64,000 nt of DNA. Source: Mytilus edulis (taxonomy: Eukaryota). The stretch covers positions 39,618,001 to 39,682,000 of the forward strand of contig NC_092348.1 of the NCBI RefSeq assembly GCF_963676685.1, written 5' to 3'. Positions 38,596 to 48,771 of this stretch are shown one piece after another. The position numbers and the translations under genes are program-made. The notes under the pieces are model-generated. The model ran no database searches. It had not been told where the DNA came from and saw nothing but the letters and a program-made list of their open reading frames with translations. How positions within the stretch are numbered: the first letter of the stretch is position 1; every line of letters begins with the position of its first letter.

Positions 38596-38813
38596 CACGA
38601 CGGGTGCCACATGTGGAGCAGGATCTGCTTACCCTTCCGGAGCACCTGAGATCACCCCTAGTTTTTGGTGGGGTTGGTGTTGTTTATTCTTTAGTTTTCT
38701 ATGTTGTGGCATGTATACTATTGTTTGTCCATTTCATTTTTAGCCATGGCGTTGTCAGTTTATTTTCGATTGATGAGTTTGATTGTCCCTCTGGTATCTT
38801 TCGTCCCTCTTTT
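38596..38813 (+). mobile_element. Short interspersed repeat, probably a PLE-associated 3' fragment
   Basis: GC-rich structured head and a tail ggtatctttcgtccctcttt that also occurs inverted at 9401-9436. Confidence 0.45.
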
Positions 38814-41800
38814 AAGCCGTTTTCTCGTTGTTGAATTACTTTACATTAAATTTTATCATTTCAAGCCTTTCATTAATGGCTTTAAAGTATGTGTCTTTTT
38901 GCTTTGATGCAGTCGTACGGTGACCTGTATTTGTTAAATTCTGTATCATTGGGCTCTTGTAAAGAATTAACTTGTTGGCAATCATACTACATCTTCTTTT
39001 TTAATATGTAGAACAACATTTTAACAGAAATCTTTTCTTCCACCAGTTTTACGATCTTGGACTGCTTTTCCTGAAGTCAATATAAGTGAACACTTAAACT
39101 AAATCATAACTAACGTGAAATACAATATTATCATTTGCGTGGAGATAGAGAGGTACACACCCTTCATTCCAGACTTTTGATGGATGGCAGTAGTCGTAAA
39201 CATTTATTTATGAGTAATCTTGAAAAAAGGAAAAACTGTATTTGCAGGAGAATCGAAAGCAGTAAGCATGATTGTTACAATTAACCCTTGTTCGAAAACG
39301 TACGACAAAAACAATTCCGTTGTAATACAAATTAAAAACACTTCTGTTTGCTAACATAATTTCAAGTAAAGTAAAGCAGAAAACTTTCCGTGTTAAAATA
39401 CCTGATAATATTGGAAGTGGGTGTTCAATCGTATCTAGACAGGAAGTTGTGAAAATGTTAACAAACCAACACGATTTGCATGAATAAACAATGTCTAAAT
39501 GTAACACATACACACTAAATAACATATAGATAAAGTATATTAGCAAATATTCAAGTCATGAATTTAAAAATTATCATAGAACAATGACGGGATGTATAAG
39601 TGCAGAGCCACGTCACAAGCAAACATCAACTAAACAGTAAAAGTAATACTCAAAAAGACATATCAAAGTATAATATATTATACGTTATTAAGATCATTAA
39701 TCAACGACAGTACCCAAAATCTATACACCAAGACCATGGTGTATTATTTGAGTAGTTGATAAGGAATATTCATTAATAAGGTCTTAGTTCCGACACATGA
39801 ACCTTTTATACACCCAAGGGTATAAGCAACTGAGTTGTCAGCACTTCGGTGTTGACATGTAGATCAATTATATGGTCTTTTTTATAAATAACCTGTTATC
39901 AAAAAGTAAAATCACGAAAATACTGATCTCCGTGGAAAATTTAAAACGGAAAGTCTGTAATTTTATGGCAAAATCTACAGCTTATACACATCAAACGAAT
40001 GAACAACAATTATCATACTCCTGACTTGGTTCAGTTGTTTTCTTTTTGTAGAAAATAATGGATTAAACCTGTTTTAAAGCGCTTTATATATAACTTGTAT
40101 GCCAGTCGCATCCAATTCCATTATATTGACAACGATGCGAAAATAAAACAAACAGACATGATAGGTAAATTTGTTTAAATAATGGTACAGGAGTCAACAC
40201 CGTATCTCACTCTTAATCACAACAAAAGCAAACTAATCACCAAAAAGTATATATTATATTTAAAAACCTCATTTAGTGTTTTCTAATTTTGTATTTTAAT
40301 TGCTTTATATCAAAGGTACCAAGATAATAATTTAATACGCCGGATGCGCGTTTCGTACATGAGACTCATCTGTGACGTCAAAATAGTTATAAAGCCAAAC
40401 AAGAACAAAGTCAAAGAGCATTGATGACCCAAATTTCCAAGGTTGTGCCAAATACGGCTAATGTAATTTATACCTGGGATAAGAAATTCGAAAAATTTAA
40501 AGATTTGTAATATGTATAAAAAAAATCCCCATCCCTCTTGTTCGATGATAAATTTTTGACTGAAGTTAAGGACTAAATTTTAGGGAATATTATTAATTAT
40601 AGGGGGGATTTTACAAAAAATACTGAAGAGCTGTCGAAAAAAGGTATTAAAGTTTTATTTTTATTGAGAAAATATGTCAAATTTCAATTTTTGTTCCCAC
40701 TAATTTGTCATGTAAATCATTTGATACTCTTTATAAGACCTATTTTGACATACAACTCTGAAATTTGGTTTATGGATAATTTTCAGTCAACTTTTTGGGC
40801 ATCTATAGAGCTGCTGTAAAAAATACTTTTTGTGATACTCTTGCATTAGCAGAAAAATATCCTTTTGAAAGGTTCATTCTAAATTTTGTAAAACAGTATT
40901 AGGAATGAAAAAGACAGCCACTAACATAGGTGCTAGATCAGAATTAGGTAGATTTTCTTTGGACTCTTATATAAAAACTCAAACACTCATGTATTTTTAA
41001 AGAATAAACTGTAATGATATTAATCCCCTGGTTAAAGAATCTCTACAAACATAAATTTACATTCCGCATGAATTTATTCTTGGTTAGTACCTATATCTGC
41101 TGTACTGACAATACACGGTGGTTCGTGTCTTTAACTCCTAAACTAGGTGATGTAACAGATACGCTGCTGGCGTCAAAGATAAACACCTGGTGGTTTCTGG
41201 CTTTTTGGATGCTCCAGGATGTAATACAATTTAATAACAATAAGATTTTCAGGTGCACCAAGTGAGTTTTTTGCTTATTATATAAGGAAACACACATTTT
41301 TTTTTATTTCAGGCTTTATGTGATAATTGAAAGTTACCTTTATTTTCAACTGGTTACGCCAATTGGTGAAGTTTTTACTCCCTCCACTTCACAACCAGCT
41401 TCTTCCAAAAAGGCCCTGCACTTTTCCTAAAAACGAACTATAAAAATCAGTTGAAAAGGGCTTAACTCATCAGATGGACAAAAATACAAGTGGACGTGTC
41501 CGGGTACTTATACATCCCGACACAAAAAGACCCAATGAACAGATCTGAGAGTACTCGCAGTTATCTGACAGCTAGTTCAAAGACACTAACAACTAATAAA
41601 AAAAATCATGCATCTAAGACTAAACAATCTATCCGTACACATCCAACATCCAATGGATTTAGTGTTGAGACGTCATAAACAGACAGAGAAAAAACATGAC
41701 CTGTTGATATGTCAAGGTAATGCACTATAATTGTCTTTATACTGCAATCAGCTATTTTGCTATACAGATAAAGCTATACGTTTAAACGTTAGCTTTATAC

Positions 41801-42156
41801 GTCAATGACCTCAACTAACCTATAAGCCCCGCCTACTTACCGGAACTACTGTATTTCATCAACAACGTCACGTCACAACCATAACAACGTGTAGTAACAA
41901 TGGTCAAACTTTTATGAATTTAAAACTTTTTATGTCTTCAAATTGGTAATTTATATACCATGTTTATTAAATATTATTAATCAAGTTCATTTTTCCTTTA
42001 TAATTCCTTCAATTGTCAATGTCTAACCGCCTAGACTACGCTCATCGGGAAATACCCCAAAATGGTACCCTAAGAGGGAAATTCCAAACACTTTTTTTAA
42101 CAATATTTGTTACATATTATTTTTAATTTTTTTTTTTTTTCGATTTCAGTATAAAA

Positions 42157-42297
42157 ACAATATACATATAGTGTCTTGAAATATTATTTGTATTCGGCAC
42201 GAAACAGGGGAAATGCTCGGTATAACCTCGTATTTCCCCCCGTTTCTAAGCCTCATACAGATAACTTTCATATTTCAAGACACTATACGTATATTGT
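42157..42297. repeat. ~140-bp fold-back palindrome (MITE-like)
   Basis: acaatatacatatagtgtcttgaaatat pairs with atatttcaagacactatacgtatattgt; inner arm ggggaaat/atttcccc. Confidence 0.8.
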
Positions 42298-42373
42298 CTA
42301 ATTATACTGCAATCTACAAACAAAAAGCATTTTCAATCGTTACATTGCATGTGTTTACAATATTTTATTTTAT

Positions 42374-45100
42374 TTAAATTTTGGGGATGATGTCAATACA
42401 GGCTATATCGACCCAAAGAGGTATATCTATATCAGGCTTATTCCTCAGTAAATATACTTCTTTCAGGTCATTATATTCTTGTATCAACCTCATACAAAGG
42501 CTATATTTGTATATTATTGTCCAAGTGCATGTTATTTCACCTATATTGGGCAATATGCGCAATTGTTTCTCCATAGGCGGTAATGGTAACGTTTTCTTCT
42601 GTAGCTCAGCCCATATCGTAAACTTGTATATATGTATGATGGCTTTTTTTGAAGCTGAGACATTTTCACATATGTGGTTAAATTTTTCGTGGTACTTAGT
42701 GTCATTCTTTTTTCCGTAAATCAGCATACCCAGAAAATCCTTTCGTGATGCGACTCTTGATGGTAAAAATTCCCTTTTTTCACACAATAATTTATTTTAA
42801 AAATTAATACTTTGAATACATATAATAACTCCATAGTTTTTACACATTTATTCTAAGGTTCAATACTTTCCATATCAACACAAATTGTTAAGCTCAGTCA
42901 CTTCTTTAAAATTGAAATATGTCTTATATCACTACACAGATGTTTTTTGTTTACACACAACTTTTGTGTGTGACCGGTGAAAAATAATGTTATTCAAATT
43001 CTTGAATCAATGCATACAAACATCATAACCTTAGTCTGCTGTGCACGATTTTCTTTCTCAATTGGAGGCACATTAGGGATATTGTCCCATATGTATAAAT
43101 AAATAATAATCAAAATGTAGTGTTTAACAGAAAGCAATAATTATACCTTGAGATCTTCATCCTCTTCTACTATCCAAGGGTAAGTGTAAAACCTACCCTT
43201 CAGATAAGCAAGGTAAGGCTTCTGAAAGTAGAAAAACAATTTTCAGGTATAAATCTTCGTTTAAACATGATATTAGTGCCTATGGTTGATAACACTGACT
43301 TCCATTTCATTCAGTAATTTGGTGCAAAAGGTCTACCCAGATTCATGAGACCATGATGATCGGTTCTGTTGATTTTATGTGAATTTTGTAAATTATAACA
43401 ATCTTAAGAAGAATTTGAAAAATCATGAATTTAGTTCTGTCATTGACAAACCCCAATTTTTTTTACTGATAATTAAGGTCAAGGTCAGATGATATCTTCT
43501 AGACATCAATATACGCCTTACTATTGTTTATCCTAAAAGCTATTATTGTGTTAATTCTGTCAATGAGTTAAATGGTCATTTTAATTCTAAAATTCTATTA
43601 TTTCTTTTAAGTTAACTTTCTTAACTCCACTGAACTCTGTGTTATGTTTCATCCATGAACACATCTCACAGTCAAATCAATTGTTCAACTATTCTAATAT
43701 TGTCTTTTGTATACACAACTAAAGAGTTAAAAGATACAAAACTTGTACTCTTCAAGTTGAAAATGTACCTTCATACTTGAAGTGTCTAGATCAAGAGCAG
43801 CATTATTTAGTTTTTTAATGCTGCTCTTGATCTCTGTCATGGACTTATTCATCTCGTTGACTTGTTGCACCAGTCCCTTCAGCTCCTTCACTACAATAAA
43901 GATAATTAATCAGTTTTAATAAGTCAATTTATCAATTATTCAAAACTTGATTAAACCTGCTGCATTTTCTCAATTGTACAGAGTAAGAAACCTCAAGTAT
44001 TTGTTTAAATCTTTTATGATTTTTATTTTGGTTCAAGTGAACGTTTTTAAGTGTAGAGTGTTATCCATTTTGCTGAACTAAAATGATTCATTGTTTCATT
44101 ATTTGGCACATATTTAAATAGCCATGTTTCAATTCTTTTTTCTGTTTCACAAATAAAATTTTTGAACTAGAGGCTCTCAAGGGCCTGCAGTATTGCTCAC
44201 CTGACTACTTGGGTTTTTGAAATCATATTAAAAAAAAAAGGATAAAATTTGGTTTGATATTGCATTCCATTCTGTGGTTTTCTAAAAGAAGACATTTGTA
44301 TATTTCTCATGGATTCCTTTGTTAAACTAAGTCCACCGCTGGCAGCCATCTTGAATGATTTATCGGCTACAAAGTAACAACACTTGGTCAGCACCTCATA
44401 ACGAACATTCATGCTGTGTTTGGTTTCATTCCCTTCAGTGGTTATCTAAAAGAAGTCATTTGTATGCATTTCCCATAGGGTTCTATGTTAAACTAAATCC
44501 CCTGCTGGCGTCCATCATGAATGATGGATCCGTTACAAATTAACATTACGTGGTCAGCACCTTATAAGAAACATTCATGCTATGTTCAGTTTCATTCCTT
44601 TTAGTTGGTGTCTAGAAGAAGTTCAAAATGTAAAAAGTTAAAGACGACAACGGACGCCAAATGATGAGAAAAACTCACTTGGCCCTTTGGCCAAGGTGAC
44701 CTAAAAACTAGCCAATGAAAGTTTAAGATTGCCTCTTGCTGCTATGTGGTTCATCCAACCATAACTAATGTTCGGTTTTAGAGGTCCTTATATATATTTT
44801 TAGTTCTCAATAAGTTTGATGAAAATTAGCTTAGCAGTTTTTTTGGTTATTTTTTAGAATATATCAAAATCATTCCATATTAAATCATGTTAAAATGTTT
44901 TGGCAAACAGACAGAATATTGTTTTAAATTATATATATACTTTGTTCTGTACTTATGTTTTATGTAATTTAAATTTATTTCAAAATAAAATACTTACATA
45001 TTCCGCGAATTTCCACACTTCCAGTACTAGTACTAGGCACATTCATGTGAATATTTCTAGCACTAGTACTAGTAGTAGCTTGTTCTTCCTGACTCTCAGG
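42374..45100 (-). pseudogene. Spliced orphan gene (family B), last exon decayed
   Basis: GT-AG exons 45100-44998 (103 nt), 43890-43769 (122 nt) and 43221-43147 (75 nt) join in frame without stops. The final exon 43092-42374 has lost its AG and carries stops. AATAAA follows the stop. Confidence 0.6.
44165..44707 (-). mobile_element. HINE inserted in an intron of the family-B gene
   Basis: Same terminal modules (ACTAGAGGCTC..gctcacctg; ggcc hairpin; gacgac microsatellite) with ~150-bp internal repeats. Confidence 0.8.
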
Positions 45101-47062
45101 CTGAAAAAAAAATTCCAATGTTCATAAAAAAACATAGCTTTATTATATCCCCCACCTTGCACATATTTCAATTGTAAAAGTTAAATAGTTATTCCTATAT
45201 TTTTTTTAAGTAAGTTAGGCATTTATTTTCTGATTTGTCTGTGACATTGCTAATATGAATAAAGACTAATAAGTTTCATTAATTTTGGTCAAGATTTGTA
45301 CATAGGAAGGGCTTATGATTCTCTTTAAAGATATATCAATTCATTTAATGTTGCTATTAATGTTCAATTTCAAACAAATATACACTAGCTGTTTCAAAGT
45401 ATTTATATTTTGCAGCTTTCTGAAATATTGATAATTATACATGTACATTTATAGTTGTCACTGTATATCATGAAGTGTCACATAATTTCAGTGAGGTCAG
45501 GTAAACATTTATATTTGAAAATAATCTTATATTACTTGTTGTAAAATAACATACAAACATATTCTCTTGAGATGAATATAACCCTGCCATCAGAAAAGAT
45601 TTTTGAAATTATCTGGAAATATTAGAATGAAACGAAATAATTATAAGTAAGGCAAACGTTTGGCACACACTATATCAAGCAATAAGTAATAATATGCATA
45701 ACTTGAATATATAGCCATGCTAGCAAAAGTCTAAAGAATGTATTATTATTTCACTTTAGAAATACCTTGATATTTATAGTTTTTTATCAGTAGGATATAA
45801 GTAGATATAGGAAGATGTGGTATGAGTGCCAGTGAGACAACTTTCCATCCAAATAACAATGTATAAAAGTAAACCATTATAAGTCAATGTACGGCCTTCA
45901 ACACGAAGTCTTGGCTCACACAGAACATCAAGCTATCAAGTCCCCAAAAAATTACTAGTGTAAAGCCATTCAAACGGGAAAACCAACAGTCTAATCTATA
46001 TTAAAAAAAAAAGAGAAACGAGAAACAAGTATAAATTACATAAACAAACGACAACTACTGTACATCAGATTCCTGACTTAGGACAGGGTCGACCATTTGC
46101 AGCAGGATTAAACGTTTTAATGGTACCAAACCTTCTCTCTTTTTTGAAATAATTATAGTAAAACATCACAACATAGAAAAACACACTTTAAAATATCAAT
46201 AGACGACTTCACGGTTAATGACGCCATCTTGGATAGGGGGCAAACTATCATGTGACTCGTATTGTTTACTTCCGGATTTAAAAAGGCGGCGATATTAAAA
46301 AAATAAAATTGTTATAACGTCATATGTAAATTTAAGCTAAATTAGAAGGAAATGTTTTTCTAACAGGTAAATATATATACCCATAAATAAAATCTCTATC
46401 GATAATCTGAATATTTTTCAATATTTATAAGGAAAAAACGACAATGACAAGTGGGCGTGGTATTTCATCAAAATCAATAGAAAAAGTAATCAATTTTATT
46501 TTCTTGCAACATGTGGGTGGGGTAGGGGTGAAAAACAAATCTTGTAGAACAGCACAAGATATAAAATTGCAGACTGATAATAAATATTTTACTTTAAAAA
46601 ATAAGAATAATTAGAACAATAAGTAAATCTGTTCAAAACATATGTAAAATAAATAGCAAAAGTTTAAATGAAGCTTTTTATTTAATAATTAAATTATGCC
46701 TAAAATTAAATGGCTGTACCCTTATGTTCAGACCTTCTTCATTTTAACTATTTTAAATAAAATGTTGTCTCTTTTTGATCCATGTTAAAATACAAAATTT
46801 CCCCATTTCTTTTGTAATTTCAGGTTCACTGGGCATAATGTGTTGTTATCTGCATGGCTTCATCCTTATCATCAGCTTTGAAATATTATGCATGCTTGCT
46901 TAATCAATGGATGTTCTGCTAACCTGTACTAACCTGCTTTATATATATCCAATCAACAACTTCTTTTCATGACTACCTGGACTTAAATCTTTGCATGTAT
47001 ATCTATATCTGTACTTACTAACATACATGTATATATGTATAATCATACTAATATTTCGCATC

Positions 47063-48430
47063 ATGGGAGGAGGTGATCGGTGCAGTATTGGAATTTGTGA
47101 CAATGATAGAAGATATCCAGATAAACTTGTTAAAAGGTCACATGTCTCTAATTTACAATTTCATTCTCTGCCAAAAGACCCACAACTGAGTAAATTTTGG
47201 CACGACAAAATCCGTCAAGGTAGACAAAATTATTTAGAGAGTAAAAGCGTAAAAATCTGCTCCAATCATTTTCAGGATGGCGAGAGAACCTTCCGTTGCC
47301 CTGTTCCAACACTTTTTTTAAATAACAGTGATTTGAAAACTCAAAAATCACCACATAAAAGAAATCCTTGTAAGAGAAGTGACAAAAGTGTAGATAAAAA
47401 AAGGAAACTTGCAAAATCAGGAACTGATACTAGTGAAGATTCAGTTCCAAATAGCACTTTTACTCTCTGTATAGCATCAACACAGCTAACAAGAGATGCA
47501 GATGTACATTTCTACACTGGGTTACACAACACAGACACATTTAAGGTGTTGTTTGACCATTTGAGTATGAAAGCATCTGTTATGCAGTATTGGAAAGGTC
47601 CTAGACAAACAATAAAAGAAGCCCCAATGAGATACTCATTTGAGGATGACCCAAACATTTTTCTTAAACCAGGGCCTGGTAGAAAATTAAGATTAGAGGT
47701 TGAACTTTTATTAGTTATGATGAGACTACGGTTAGGTCTACTGCTACATGATTTGGCATTCAGATTCCAAATTTCAGAATCACTTGTGAGTTCAATCATT
47801 CTAACTTGGGTCCGTCTCATGCGATTTGAACTGAGTCATCTTATAATTTGGCCATCAAAAGATGTAATCAAACAAAATTTGCCCCTTTGTTTTAAGACAT
47901 TTTACCCTCATGTACGATGCATTATTGATTGTAGCGAAGTTTTTATAGAAACACCATCCAGTCTTGATACACAAGCTCAATGCTGGTCTGAATATAAGCA
48001 TCACTGTACTATTAAATTTTTGGTTGCTATTACACCAAATGGAATGTTCAGCTTTGTGTCAAATTGTTATGGTGGCCGAGCCTCAGACAAATTCATTACT
48101 AAAGACTGTGGCTTCTATCTCAAACTAGAACCGAACGATCAAGTTATGGCATATAGAGGTTTTAAAATAAAGGAAGACCTTATGACTGTTCAGGCTAAAC
48201 TAGCAATACCACCAAGCACTTGTGGCAGTTTAGTCATGTGTGCCACTGCAGTTACAGAAACATCTCGTATTGCAAATGTTAGAATCTATGTGGAGCAGGC
48301 AATTGGTAGACTGAAGACATTTAGATTTTTGAAGCATGAAATACCAATAGCTTGCTTGCCTGTATCTGATGATATTGTTGTCACTTGTTGTGCTATTTAC
48401 AATCTGCTTGATCCCCTATGTTATATGTAA
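47063..48430 (+). CDS. ISL2EU transposase: THAP + HTH_Tnp_4 + DDE_Tnp_4 (455 aa from the ATG at 47063)
   Basis: THAP: CSIGIC, FHSLP, W, ICSNHF, VPTLF. HTH: LLLVMMRLRLGL..DLAFRFQIS. DDE: IIDCSE, YGGRASD, VMAYRGF, RIYVEQAIGRLK. Confidence 0.92.
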   Translation: MGGGDRCSIGICDNDRRYPDKLVKRSHVSNLQFHSLPKDPQLSKFWHDKIRQGRQNYLESKSVKICSNHFQDGERTFRCPVPTLFLNNSDLKTQKSPHKRNPCKRSDKSVDKKRKLAKSGTDTSEDSVPNSTFTLCIASTQLTRDADVHFYTGLHNTDTFKVLFDHLSMKASVMQYWKGPRQTIKEAPMRYSFEDDPNIFLKPGPGRKLRLEVELLLVMMRLRLGLLLHDLAFRFQISESLVSSIILTWVRLMRFELSHLIIWPSKDVIKQNLPLCFKTFYPHVRCIIDCSEVFIETPSSLDTQAQCWSEYKHHCTIKFLVAITPNGMFSFVSNCYGGRASDKFITKDCGFYLKLEPNDQVMAYRGFKIKEDLMTVQAKLAIPPSTCGSLVMCATAVTETSRIANVRIYVEQAIGRLKTFRFLKHEIPIACLPVSDDIVVTCCAIYNLLDPLCYM

Positions 48431-48771
48431 TTTATTTTTACTGCTTAAGTACATTGTCATGATTGTGTATTTGTATAGTTGATATTTCTTTTTCTGAACT
48501 TTGAAGTTTATTCAAACAAAATTCTGTCATAATATATCTTCCAGTGTGAAACTGTACTAACTGGATATGCTAGAAATACTAAATGTTCAGTTCTAGTTTG
48601 TTCACAATTTAAATAATTTGCAGACAGTAGTAAATTTTTAATATTTTTTGGTAAAGACATCAACCAAGCTTTATGAATTAATTAATTGTTTACAAATCTA
48701 CAGCATTAAAAACTATGCAACGATTGTTTACAAAACATTTTTTGGTAAAGACATCAACCAAGCTTCGTGCA

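Noticed and set aside
40830-41430. Possible minus-strand exons (EKCRAFLEEAGCEVEG..)
   Set aside because: One donor-like site, but adjacent segments contain stops and no recognisable motif, so I could not build a consistent model.
45583-45613. Additional upstream coding exon for the family-B gene
   Set aside because: Has AG/GT borders, but its phase does not join the 45100 exon without a stop.
46991-47062. N-terminal extension of the 479-aa ORF
   Set aside because: Starts at TTG with low-complexity AT-rich sequence; the THAP domain begins right after the ATG at 47063.
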